A DNA stretch of 64,000 nucleotides from Octopus vulgaris. Lineage: Eukaryota. The translations under genes and the position numbers were made by a program. Location: NCBI GenBank assembly GCA_951406725.2, contig OX597829.1, positions 36,828,001 through 36,892,000 of the forward strand. Reading direction: 5' to 3'. The notes under the pieces were generated by a model. That model worked only from the letters and a program-made list of their open reading frames with translations. It was not told where the DNA came from and did not search any database. Numbering within the stretch: position 1 is the stretch's first letter; each line of letters begins with the position of its first letter. Shown piece after piece: positions 1-12,669 of this stretch.

Positions 1-399
1 TTTTTGTTGTCCTACCATGACTTGGCCTTATCTATCTTTTTTCTGGTCCTTTTTATGCTGTTCCAGGATTTACTCTTGTATAGCAGACAGATCCCCTTTG
101 CATCACTCTCTATGATGGCTTTGTACTTAGCCCTGGCTCCTTTGTACACTCTAATCCTACCCCTTTGGTTATAGCCAGAGAACTGCATGCGGTGGAACTA
201 AATATCCTTCTCTCGACAATACCAGATGGACCAACAGCCCAACATGAGGTGCAGATGAGGGCAGAAGAATCAAACACCTTTATACACCAAATGGGCCAAC
301 AGCTTGGACATATGCACAGACTGAGGAAATCAGAAAGACCACAGTGGTGCTCCAGTATGACCGCAGCTGCATGTCTAAAATGAGTAAAAGAATATATAG

Positions 400-435
<36 letters not shown>

Positions 436-834
436 CACACATATATACAAGAGTTACGGAATGGAGTAGGGGAAATCTGGGCTACATGTTTCATAGTGAG
501 TGGAACCTCAGAAGTGGTAACATCCAAATAAGATGTATACCGCCATCTACTCATGAGGCCAAGGATATCTTGATTAGATTAAAGGCTACATTCCAGCAGG
601 AGGTACATGCTGATGCAAAGGTTCAACAGCTCATCATTCTTCAATAAAAGACAAAAATGTGCAACCTTCCTTCTCAATAAATCACTATTGTTCCTGAAAG
701 TTGTTTGTTTATATTCACAACAGATTGCTCAAAGCTATCTTTCTTCCTACGCCTCAACCCCTGGATCTTACATTTATACACACACACACACACATATATA
801 CATATATCTACACAAACACACACACACACATCTT

Positions 835-1110
835 CATCATCATCATTGTCTAACGTCCGCCTTCCAGGCTACTGTGGGTGGCTTCACAAGAGCTGGCCAG
901 ACAGAAGCCTGCACCAGATTTCTGTGATTGTTTTGGCAGGATTTTTCAGCTGAATGCCCTTCCTAACACCAACCACCCAGCAGAGTGGTTGGTGTTAGGA
1001 AGCAAGCACAGGCAAGGTCAGTTTTTGCAAGGTTTTTACAGTTGGATGCCCTTCTGAACACCTATCACTTCACAGTGTGGACTAGGTGCTTTTAAGTGGC
1101 ACCTGCAGTG
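835..1110 (-). mobile_element. 3' end fragment of RTE-family LINE (or derived SINE) with (GAT)n tail
   Basis: Starts with catcatcatcattgtctaacgtccgc and contains ggatgcccttcctaa, matching the tail seen at 6710, 43600 and 57205. Confidence 0.7.
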
Positions 1111-1669
1111 ACAGTTGCAAGACAAAAAAAAAAACTTTCAAGAGTGGAGAGGCATTGGAGGAGGCAATCTTGTGTTGGATGATGAAAGGTTACAGTTAAA
1201 CAAAGCAACAGATACAAGGTTACCCGACTAGAGAGAGAGAAAGAGATCAGGAATGAAGATAGAAACAGGTGCGCTACTGCAAAAGAAATACATTGTTATC
1301 CAACCCGAGGGAAATGCGGGAGGAGAGAGAAAGTGGGAGACAGCAGGATAGAGATGGTAGCAAAATGCTGGGTATACTCAAGGGATGGGGATCAGAATAT
1401 TAATGGGATGGTTGAGTAAAGGAAGTGTGAGATACAGATGGTGGCAAGTGCCAGGGCAGACCCTTGAATTCAAATGCCATAATATAACTGGCAGGATATT
1501 TCAAAGGAAGCGTGATTAAAGAGTGCAGAATGGAGAGAGTGAGTGGCGAAAATCTAGGTATATATAGAGCTAGTGTGCTACTGAATAGCAATGATACAGA
1601 GGAACAGGATTAGAGAGTGAGAGCAAGGCATAATGTATGAAGAAGGAAATGTGAGGAAGCAGAGATGTG

Positions 1670-3940
1670 GAAATGTAGATTGGCACTTCTTTATGCAGCT
1701 GTCTTCATTCATATGCCCAAACCAGTGTAGTTTTCTCTCTTGCATGCTGCATTTAATTCCTATTATGCCCAACTTTTCTCTCAATACTTTTGCACTTTGC
1801 CATACATGTGCACTGATGTTGCACATTCAACAGAGCATACTACTTTCATTTCTCTCCAGTCTACACATCTTCTGCATTCAGATTGTCTCAATGTCTCACT
1901 ACCATGGAGTATAGCTGTTCACACACAAGCATTATATAGTCTACCTTTCATTCTGAGAGAGAGAGTCCTTTTGTTGCCAACAGAAGTAATAGCTTTCTGA
2001 ACTTCCTCCACCCTATTCTTATTCTAGAAATAATACTCTCAGAGCATCCTTCACCATTACTAATTTGGTCGCCTAGGTAACAGGATCTATCTACAACCTC
2101 AAGAGAGCCTCCTGGGCATTTGAGAAAATCTAATTCCTGTGTGCTCTTAGTGCTTATTGTTCCTGCACACCTTTCACATACAAAGACGACTTTATCTGTT
2201 AATCTACCTGTGATTCCACTGCACCTCTTATACATCTATAGTTTACACTGGGTGCAGCAAATGGAATTTCTTTCAACTCTTTTCCTACATATTGAGCAGG
2301 ACCATTTACCTGATGGAAAGAGAATTTTATCTTCTTTCTTACTAACAACAACTTTGGTCTTAGGTTAACTTTAAGGCCCTTTGATTCCAGATTTTGTTTC
2401 CATACTTGGAATTTCTTCTCCAATTCTGCTAAAGATTCTGCACAAAGAGCAAGGTCATCAGCATATAGCAGTTCCCACAGACACCCAGTTTTGAATTCTT
2501 CTGTTATGGTCTGGTGGACTGAGAACTAAGCCCTAGTGAACCCTATCTGTATGCTAAATTCATCACTGTACTTATGGCCAACTCTACTCTCACCTTACTG
2601 ACCGCACCACTGTACATGGCTTGTACAGCTCTAACAAGCCACTCCTCTACTCCTAACTTTCTTAAAGACCACCATGTAACAGAGCGGGGAATTCTCTCAA
2701 AAGCTTTCTCCAGGTTGATGAAGGCTAAGTACAATGGCTTACTTTTGGCCAAGTACTTTTCCTGCAGTTGTCTCACCAGGAAGATGGCATCTGTGGTATG
2801 CTTCCCAGGTATAAAACCAAACTGCATCTCATCTAGCTTAATTTTTTTTCTAATCAATTGAGCAATAACCCTCTCAGTAACTTTCATGACTTGGTCTAGC
2901 AATTTAATACCTCTGAAGTTGTTTCTATCTAAGGCATCATCTTTACCCTTGTAGTAGCCAACTATAAGACTACTACTACACCATTCACTGGGGATGGTGC
3001 CTTATTGAATAACCTGATTAACTATACAAGTGACTAAGCTGTATTCTACACCACTTGAAATTTTAATAATCTCAGCAGTGATTCCTGATGGCTCAGAGAC
3101 TTTCCCTGTCTTCATGTCTTTAATTGCCTTATCTATTATGCTGCTATCAACTTTGATGTCTGGTCCCTCAATTGGTTCGATATTTGGTAGAATCTCCTCC
3201 CATTCATTTTCCACATATAGTAACCTTCTATAGCAACACTTCCATGCATCTTTCTTCTCTGAATCACTAAGTACAAGCATACCATTATCCATTCGCACAC
3301 ATTTCTCACCTACCACATCTCCATTTTCTATGATACATTGCTTTGCAATCCTGAACACCTCTCACCTCTGATCCTCATGCTGTAGAACATTTGCAAATCT
3401 CTTACCTTCAGCTATTCCTTTTGCTATGTAAACCTGATGCCTAGCTACCCTTTAGGCTACCTGATATAATTTTCTGCTTCCACCATTTTTCCAGTTTTTC
3501 CAGGCTTATCATTGTGCTTTTATAGTACTGTCAACTTCCTTGCTCCATTCCCATGTCACCCTTGCTCTAGCTGGGACTTTGCACCAACCACAGATTTCAT
3601 CCATAGCCCTCAGTAGATTGTCCCACAGGAACTTCCAGTTGTCCCCACTTCTTTCTCTCTTTCGTCGGAAGCTTCCATGAGTAAATCTCTAAATTTTTGT
3701 CTGTTTGCTGGGTCTTTGAGCTTCCATAGTCTTCTTTTCCAGATTGGTTTATTTCTCCGAGTTTTTCTAGCTCTAATTCTGAAGTCACTAACTAGTAACC
3801 TATGCACTTTTCACCTGGGAAAGACTTTGCATTTTTAAGCATCTATCTATCTCATTGCCTGTTGAGGAGGTAGTCGATCTGGCTTAGGTGGCTGGCTGAT
3901 TTTTTTAAGTTAATGTTGTAGATCATGAGATCATTTGCAG
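1670..3940 (-). mobile_element. Degenerate RTE-clade LINE ORF2 (RT with Cys-rich insert)
   Basis: Frameshifted ORFs contain QFGFIPGKHTTDAIFLVRQLQEK, LAFINLEKAFERIPR, ELLYADDL (about 2450-2475) and CYLGDQI. Confidence 0.9.
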
Positions 3941-4092
3941 TTTTACAGTTCTATATTTAAGAGATGAGGAATTATTTACATTATTTATATTATTTACGTT
4001 AGACAGATATTTGTCCTCATCTTATTTGTTGTTAACATAACATTTTGGCTGATATACCCTCCAGCCTTCTTCAGGTGTCTTATTATTATTAT

Positions 4093-4422
4093 TCTATGTT
4101 TGACTTTTGCTTTATATTTGTACAAGTTGGCTCCAAGTCTCACCCAGAGACCTCAAGAGACAACAGGTTGGAAGTTCATGTTGTTGTTATGCCTAGTGTG
4201 CCATTTATTTGGTGTTTTTTTTTTTTTGGTGTTTTTTTTTTTTTTTGGTGTTGTACTAGTGAATGTCAAAAAAAAAAAAAATTATGTTTGTTTTAAACCC
4301 TGAGATTACATAGAAAGTATTTTGCGTAGGATATGAGCAGTTCCCATGAGCACTATCTTTTGAATTTCTGCCATTTTGGGGTGTCCTGGTATCTGAGTTA
4401 GGTAGCAATCAGCCCCTTTTGC
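4093..4422 (-). mobile_element. 5'-truncated Dong/R4-like non-LTR retrotransposon 3' end
   Basis: Minus strand translates as QIPGHPKMAEIQKIVLMGTAHILRKILSM*, the typical R4/Dong C-terminus. It is flanked on both sides by (ATT)n, the known Dong target. Confidence 0.75.
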
Positions 4423-4455
<33 letters not shown>

Positions 4456-4892
4456 GAATGAGAGAGCAGTGCATGCCATCAAAGTGACAATGGGGTAAAA
4501 TATACGAAGCCCAGTATACCCATCATCACTACCCGTCTAACAAGGGTACACCAGGCACATGCATCACAACCATATGTGTGCGACATGGTGATCTTATATC
4601 AAGATAAACAGTACATGACCTTGCAGATGGGGTCCAGTTAGAATTTTCTTCTGGTCGAGTAACCCATCCTGCCCAAAAGGTCCCTGAATAAAGGTTGTTT
4701 AAGGATGTTGAAAGAACCACCCATGTTTCCAGAGGCGAATTATTCAAACCCCAAAGAATCCCTCTCAACACATGGCTATAATGCTCTCCCACTACTTCTG
4801 CTCGGGATCAGAGATGCACATATCGTCAGCCACTAAGGTCAAACAACTGACAAGCAAATCTGTGGTATTGAGCAGAATATTTGCTGTAGCCC
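4456..4892. mobile_element. Unclassified non-coding interspersed element inserted in (ATT)n
   Basis: Higher-GC block bounded by (ATT)n tracts at 4425-4455 and 4894-4917; no credible ORF. Confidence 0.5.
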
Positions 4893-5010
4893 AATTATTA
4901 TTATTATTATTATTATTCAGGTCACTGCTTGGAATCTTGGAGTTAGTAGCCTGTGCTCTTAACCACTATGCCATATACCTATGGGCAATTATGGAGTGAA
5001 TTTTTAGGGT

Positions 5011-5822
5011 TTATAAATCTAATATTTTTCTATCCTTCCTTAATACCGGTTCCCATATGCTATTCCTATCTACACTCGGTCTGCTTAGGAGGTTGGTGTG
5101 TCCTAGCATATGTGCTGCTTCTTTTAGTTTTCGTATTGTCCAGTAGTGTTCTCTGTCTATTATTTTAACTTCATCCCACAGGGGCAGGTGGTCTCCATTT
5201 TTCCATACATGATCAGCTATACCTGATTTATCAATATCTCCTTGTGTCACAGCTTTGCGATGTTTGTTTACCCTTATTTTGAGGAGGCAGCATGTTTCGT
5301 CTTTGTATAACCTACCACAGCTGCATAGGATGGAGTACACACAGTTTTTGGTCATATTCTCTTCTATTGGTGGTTTTACTTGAAGGAGATATTTGTGAAG
5401 TGTTGTATTACTCTTGAATACTGTCCTGATGTCATATGGGCCGCATATCTTTTGTATCTTTTCAGAGAGGCTTTTCACATAGGGTAGACAGACTGTGGAC
5501 AGTTTATTGGCCTCATCCTCTCTCTTCTTCAAAATGGAGTGGATAGTATACTTTTGAGGTAGTTGTTGCTTAACAGATTGTTATTAAGCTTGATCATTTC
5601 TTCATGGTGTGTATTACGATCACTACTTATATTCTTTGCACAATGTTTTAGGCACTGAGAAATCCCTCTCTTTACACCGTATGGATGGTGGGAATTGAAG
5701 TTGAGATATCGTCCAGTAAAGGTCAGCTTGCAGTATATGGATGTCCTGAATCCATACTTGGTGCGTGTTATCAATACATCCAGGAATGCCAGCTGATTGT
5801 TCTTTTCCTTTTCCATCTTCAT
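5011..5822 (-). mobile_element. Penelope-like element fragment: RT thumb plus GIY-YIG endonuclease
   Basis: LAFLDVLI..TGRYLNFNSHHP (5529-5822) followed by LPYVKSLSEKI..NCVYSILCSCGRLY..SGIADHVW..RKLKEAAH (5011-5532); one frameshift. Confidence 0.9.
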
Positions 5823-6040
5823 TACCCTATCACATACTCTTGACTACCTCAATTACCTTATCTACCCACTTTTCTGCTAACAGTATACCTACTCCACCCA
5901 CTCCATCCTTCTTGCCGACCCAGAAGAATTTGAATCTCTGTCTCTTATCCGTGAGGAATCTAGCTGAGGCTCCCCTCCATCTTACTTCTTGCACACTACA
6001 CACATCAACATGGCATCACTCCAGTATTTCCTCACTCCCC
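5823..6040 (-). mobile_element. RTE LINE AP-endonuclease N-terminal fragment
   Basis: Minus strand reads VDVCSVQEVRWRGASARFL..FFWVG..GVGGVGILLAEKW. Confidence 0.7.
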
Positions 6041-6709
6041 ACTCTTTCCTTTCATTGTGCCAATATTGATGCTAATGGCCCTGAGATTGAGTACTTGGGA
6101 GTGGTGGCATCAAGGTAGTTGTGGAAATTTTGTCATCACCTGAAATGAAGATCTACAGAAATATTTGCCAGCTAGCATAGAGCTTTGATACATAGTTTAT
6201 TCAGTGAATCCCAGTTTCCCCCATCTCGTCCAACATCTAGAGTAACAGCCAACAAGTGGGTATGAGAATAGAGTAGTTACTAGCTCTGCAGATGAGACAA
6301 AAGTCTTTCAGAGGATACAGAACCCTGGAGGCATTGTGCATCTTAGCTTAGTTTTTCCTTGGTGCTGGCCAGATTGGAGCAATCTCAAGATTAATCAGCC
6401 GAAATTGCGAGGATGATCGAGTTCTTAACTGAAGATAGAAAGCTTCAAATGACCCGTCCTTGTCTTTTATTTGTATCATCTATCTGGATGTTTTGTTGTT
6501 CCTTTTTGTATCACCTAGTTGTCTGGATGTTTTGCATTCTTGGCCCATTTTGTATTTTACATATATATACATATAGCGGTTACATATACTTTGTTCTTTT
6601 ATATATATGTATATGGCGGTGTACATACACTTTGTTCTCTTATATATATATATATACATATATATATAGCGGTGTACATACACTTTGTTCTCTTATTTAT
6701 ATATATATA

Positions 6710-7136
6710 TCATCATCATTGTTTAACGTCCGCTTACCATGCTAGCATGGGTTGGACAATTTGACTGAGGGCTGGTGAACCAGATAGCTGCACCACGCTT
6801 CAATCTTGATCTAGCAGAGTTTCTACAGCTGGATGCCCTTCCTAACGTCAACCAGAGTGTAGTGGATGTTTTACATGCCACTGGCACAGGGCCAGTCAAG
6901 GGGTACTCGCTCGAACCTTTTACACATGCCACCGGCACAGGTGCCAGTAAGGCAATGCTGGTAACGATCACGCTCGAATGGTGTCTTTTACGTGCCACCA
7001 GCATGGAGGCCAGATAGCCACTCTGGCAACGATCACACTCGGATGGTGCTCTTAATACCCTACTAGCACGGGGCTCGAGTGCCAGTAAGGCGACGCTGGT
7101 AACGATCACACTCGAATGGTGCCTTTTAAGTGCCAC
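6710..7136 (-). mobile_element. RTE 3' end / derived SINE with internal ~60-bp repeats
   Basis: (CAT)n-gtttaacgtccgc-ccatgctagcatgggttgga terminus and repeated aacgatcacrctcgaatggtg units. Confidence 0.8.
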
Positions 7137-7639
7137 TTATATTCATATATATAAATATTCATATATATATATATATATTCATATATATATATACATATAT
7201 ATTCATATATATATATATATATATATTTGTTTTGCAAGATTTTTTTAATGTGAAATCGTGTATTGAAACAGATATTGTTGTATTTAGGAATGGTCATTTT
7301 TCCAGTTTAGCCAATAAAAACACACGCACTATATATTTGGTGTTACTTTGCTTCAGCGTTATTTATTTTTTACATTAAACTTAATCTTATTTCGGCCAGA
7401 GTTCTTTCATCACACTCCTGTGACTGCATCAGTGATCCTTTGCTTTCTTCTTTCTTATTTGTGTCAGCCATTTTGTATTTTGTATTTCTATTGTATGTGT
7501 CTTCATTTGCGCATGAATATATCTCTATATGTGTGTCTATGTTTAGTTAGTGTGTAGGGGGAAGTGCCTGTAATATTTGTATATATACATATATATATAT
7601 GTATAAACATATATGTATGCATATGTATATACATATCTA

Positions 7640-7680
<41 letters not shown>

Positions 7681-8152
7681 ATATATATATACACACACAC
7701 ACAAATATATATATATTTACATATATGTGTGTGTGTATCTTCCACTTCCTTTCTAAAGAAAAGGTGTGCTTTTGCCTGTCTCTTCTCCAGCGTCCATCAC
7801 TTCACCTCGTTATGGCTTAAAAGCCCTTACCGTTTGTTTTTACTGTTTTGTTCTCACTGTCTTGTTTTTGTCACCACCTTAACTCTCCGCAAAGCCCAAA
7901 TTTTTTTAATTTGCTTTGTGGGGACGACTGTTTTAACGAAGTCGCGTCTTGTCCCTATGTTAGAAACATAGAGTAGATAAAACAGGGGACAACTGATGAA
8001 GGGAATGATCTTTATGTTGCCCGTCTTGTTTCTATATTTGTTTCTTTCGTTGTTCGAAAAGGAAGATTGTTTTCCATGGTTTTGTTTTTTATATTCTTGT
8101 TTGTCATTTCATTCATGTTTTTTTTGACATCCTGTACCCATATATGCATGTA

Positions 8153-9372
8153 TTGGGTTGGCAACTAATTTCCTGCGCTTTTTTTAAATTTTGGAATTTA
8201 TTGTGTTTTTAAATTTTGGAATCTATTTTTTTTCAAGAATTCTATTTTTGAATCATTTTGGAATCTATTTTGTTGTTTTTTTTTTTTCTAGTTAATTTTT
8301 GTTTATTTTCAGATCATTAAAATGGAATGTCAAGTTTAAAAAAATGAGCATTTTTGACACTTCCTTCTTTTTGCTTTTAATCAAGGTTCTAAAGCCGCAA
8401 AAGCTGCTTGCAACATTTGTGCTGTGTATGGAGAGGGTGCTCTAGCTGAAAGAACCACTAGTGATTGGTATGCCAAGTTCAAAAATGGAAATTTTTACCT
8501 CAAAGACGCACCTCGTTCTGGCCATCCAGTTGAGTTCGATGAAGAGCAATTAAACCAACTTTTGCACGAAAATTCTTGTCAAACAACAAGGGAAGTGGCA
8601 GAGAAAATGGAATGCTCCCACACTGCTATAGAGAAGCATCTTCACTCAATGGGGAAGGTTCAGAAGTATGGAACATGCTTTAAGTGACAACAACAAAAAT
8701 CAACGAGCCACAATCTCCGCTGGTTTGTTTGCTCATCACTGCTTAACTCATGGAGACAAGCAACAATTTCTTTACCAAATCGTTTCTGGCAAGAAAAATG
8801 GTGCCTGTACATCAATATGAAGCAGCGTAAGGAATGGCTTATCCCTGGTTAACAAGCGACACCGCGTGTGAAACAAGATCTTCATCCACGTAAAATGATG
8901 TTGTGCGTATGGTGTGACTGGGAAGGGTTTATCCATTACAAATTGCTTGAACGGAACCAAATGGTCAACGCAGAACTCTATGTTCAACAGATGGAACGAC
9001 TCAACACAGCTATTCAAGAGAAAAGGCCAAATCGGCAGCATGGAGTTCTTCTGCTGCATGACAACGCCCACCCTCATATCGCCAACATGACCAAGGAAGC
9101 CATTCAAACACATGCCTGGGAAGTGCTTTGAAATGCTATGCACGGAGTTTCATTCAATACTAATGCAGAATTGAAAGCTTGATTGGATCGATTTTTTTAG
9201 TCGAAATTGGGTGATTTCTACCAACGAAGTATTGAAAATCTTGTTGAATGTTGGGAAAAAGTTGTAAACAACAAGGGTGAATACATTATTAATTAATTAG
9301 TTGTTACTTTTTATGAAATCTTTTTAAAAATTTTAATTTAAAACAACGGCAAGTACTTAGTTGCCAGCCTAA
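8153..9372 (+). mobile_element. Mariner DNA transposon, decayed transposase
   Basis: TIRs TTGGGTTGGCAACTAA / TTAGTTGCCAGCCTAA with TA on both sides. ORFs contain WYAKFKNGNF..DAPRSGHP, KMMLCVWCD and LLLHDNAHPH. Confidence 0.92.
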
Positions 9373-9428
9373 TATATATACACATATATGTAGGTGTGTA
9401 CATATATGTATGTATATATACATATATA

Positions 9429-10420
9429 TCAGGTCATCAGATAAGTTCTGTCCAAATTTTGAATAAAGAAAACAAGTGATCAAATGTTATATTTAATTGA
9501 AATTTAATCATCAATGTACTTTCCCTGATTATCTATGACTTCCTTCCTTCTATTGACAAGCTTTTTAATCCCATCAATGTAAAACTCTTTTGGTTTCAAA
9601 GCGAAGAACTCTGAAATATCAGTTTCGACTTCCTCCTGGCTTGCGAAAGTTATGTCCTCCAAATGATTCTGTAAACTACGAAACAGATGGTAGTCTGAAG
9701 GAGCAAGGTCGGAAGAATAATGTGGATGAGGAATTTTTTCCCAGCCAAGCTCTTCGATCTTCTGTGATGTGATCTTTGCAGTGTGGGGTCACACATTGTC
9801 CTGATGAAACATCACTCCTTTTCGATTCACTAAAGCGGGTCTTTTATCTTCAAAGCTTGGTTCAAACACTCTAATTGCTAACAGTAGACTTAAGCATTGA
9901 GTGTTGCATTAGGTGGTAACAATTAAAAGTGAATTACTCCTTTGCAATCACACCAGATAGAAAGAAGAACCTTTTTCCCATGAAGTTCCCTTCTCGGTTG
10001 TGGTTGAGCTTTTTCCCTTTTACCAAGCCACTGTTTACTGGATATCCTGTTTGATCTTCATCTTCAAGGTTGAAATCTCCACTTCTGAATTTTGCAAACC
10101 ATCTTCTGCACATTCTTTTAGTCAAGTACTCTTTCCCATAAACTGAGTGTATGTTTCAAGTCGCTTCAGCTGCAGAGTTTCCTTTTTTGTAGTCATAAAG
10201 TATTATGTGCCTCAAATACTCTTTGGATTCTTCCATGTTAGAAAGGGTTTTAATCAAAGAAATTTTAATTCTATTATTCTGTAAAATAATATTTAATAGC
10301 TTAAATGTACACAAATGCATAAAAATCATTTTTAATTCCATTAGCTATTCTAAAATACTATTAAATTTCACTCAATCTTAAAAAAGGGTAAAATCTGACA
10401 GAACTTATGGGATGACCTGA
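9429..10420 (-). mobile_element. Mariner DNA transposon, internally deleted
   Basis: TIRs TCAGGTCATCAGATAAGTTCTGTC / GACAGAACTTATGGGATGACCTGA with TA TSD. Translation includes LRHIILYDYKKGNSAAEA, WFAKFRSGDFNLEDE and SDLAPSDYHLFRSL. Confidence 0.92.
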
Positions 10421-10469
10421 TATATATATACATAATACATACATACATATATATATATACATACATATA

Positions 10470-10517
<48 letters not shown>

Positions 10518-10649
10518 CATACATACATATATATATATACACATGCACACACACACATATATATATACATGTATATATATTTACATATATATACATTATA
10601 TATATATTTATATATACATTATATATATATACATTATATGTATATATAT

Positions 10650-11320
10650 ATATTCTCAGAATATCGGAAGGAATTTCGGTGGGAATAGAATCGTGTCTTA
10701 AATGAATTTTCGGAAGCTCCTATGTATGTTTTATATTGTTGTGAGCCATCTACTTGCACTTTCACTCTATAAATAATTCCTTCTTCAAGACATTTACCTT
10801 CCAACAGACAGCAGTCGCAGTTCCTCAGATTACCTTTGGCACTGCAGTTGTTTGTAATAATTTTTGTGTTATGCTGGTTAATAAGAGAGGCAAAATTTTT
10901 GCAACAAGAATAGCTAACCTGCAGTGTTCTCCTATTAAATATTCTATAGAACTTATGGCTAGATTGAAAATGCTTAGAAACTAATTTTAAGAATTCCCTA
11001 CCGATGTTAATTTTTATGACAATATTAAATGTGGGGTTAAACCACAAAACCTTCCTCGTCTTAGTTCTGTGTGGTCTATTTTTGTTATAATTAACTTGAC
11101 TATATTGGATCTTCTCCAAGAATCCACTTTTCCTTAATGCATTATTGTAATATGGTGCAGCATTTTGAATGCTGTCTCATCTGAAGAAATTAATGATATA
11201 TCCACCTTCCTATGTTACTAACTAGGTTCTTAAGAATTACGGGTGGATGATTAGATTCTTTGCTAATATAACATAGCTTTTCATTGGGCTTACGGTAGGG
11301 TTTAAATTTATCTAATGTAT
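10650..11320 (-). mobile_element. Penelope-like element fragment (WFNP-type linker plus GIY-YIG; possibly Hydra clade)
   Basis: KPYRKPNEKLCYISKESNHPP, then [51 protein letters not shown]. Confidence 0.8.
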
Positions 11321-12424
11321 ATATACTGCTAAATGTATATGTAATCTATTGTGAAATTTTTTTTAAATGGGTATATCTTTTAATTTATTAATTACTATTT
11401 TACAGCTAATTATTTACCCTAGGTTTCCAGGCCTTTCCTTCTTTTATAAGCTATTTTTGATTTAAGGTTTTCTTCGATTTTTATAATAATATAATTTTAA
11501 ACAGCAATTTGTTATTGCATGCAACTGGTTGTTGAAAGGACAAATGAAACAAAACCATTTTCAAATGTGTATCTGTCAAACTAATTGTATATTTACGCAT
11601 ATAACTTTATTTTTGTTCCATTCTAAACAAAACTGTCCAACAAACAGGAATGGGAAACTCTGAGCAACAGTTTTTGTGATACTTTTGCTGCTTTTTAATA
11701 AAGTATATTACTCTGCTTCTGTTATTCAAGTACTATTTTTTCCACCTTGTTTTGCATTTATGCTTACTCTGGTCTGTATGTATATATACATACATACATG
11801 CATGCATGCATACATACGTACATACATACATACATACGTACGTAAGTACGTATGTATGTATTTAATAGCAAATTGCTCCTTGTTTTTTCTGTGTCCCTTT
11901 ATGTAGAAGAGCGTAGGCTCGAAACATAAAAGATTTTTTCTATTCCTGAGCGTTATACTAATACATCTGTTTGTTTTGTATACCAGCTGTCTTCGTCTTT
12001 TGTTTTTTTTTCATAAACTCTCCCTATATATATATATATATATACCTATATACACACATATGATGGATTCTCTTGTGAACAACAAATGAAGATTCAGTAA
12101 AATACTGTTAATCATGTTCAGCGAACATAAAATCTAAAGAGAGTAGGTATGAGATGAAACAATTTATTTCACCAATTGACATCCATACAACTACAGTCAT
12201 TTTGCAGCCTGTATCATATAAAAGCAATGTATTTTAGTGTATAATAAATAATTAAATAATTTTATATGCCTGTATTTGAACTGCATCACACTATACATTA
12301 CACCGCTTTTTGTTTTGTTTTGGTTTACTCTGTGGTTTGTAACTTGATTCATTAAAGAAGACATTTTTGTGAGTACCACTAAATTAGTTAAATCCATATA
12401 TTGTGCATTAAATATATGTTATAT

Positions 12425-12652
12425 CTTTATTGCCCACAGGGGGCTAAACATAGAGGGGACAGACAAGGACAGACAAAGGGATTAAGTCGATTACATCGAC
12501 CCCAGTGTGTAACTGGTGCTTAATTTATTGACCCCGAAAGGATGAAAGGCAAAGTCGACCTTGGCGGAATTTCAACTCAGAACGTAGCGGCAGACAAAAT
12601 ACCGCTAAGTATTTCGCCAGGCATGCTAACGTTTCTGCCAGCTCGCCGCCTT
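12425..12652 (-). mobile_element. tRNA-derived SINE with Meta-like core
   Basis: Reverse strand has a tRNA-like head (ggcgagctggcagaaacgttagc..gttgaaattcc) and the core gcctttcatcctttcggggtc; copies at 40403 and 60490. Confidence 0.85.
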
Positions 12653-12669
12653 TAAATATATATGTGTGT

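Noticed and set aside
165-383. 72-aa ORF at window start
   Set aside because: No recognisable motif or splice context; could be a decayed LINE tail but not supportable.
7100-7740. ORFs rich in Y/I/H/T/C/V (also 10361-10596, 18892-19123, 36789-38372)
   Set aside because: Translations of (TA)n and (CA)n microsatellites.
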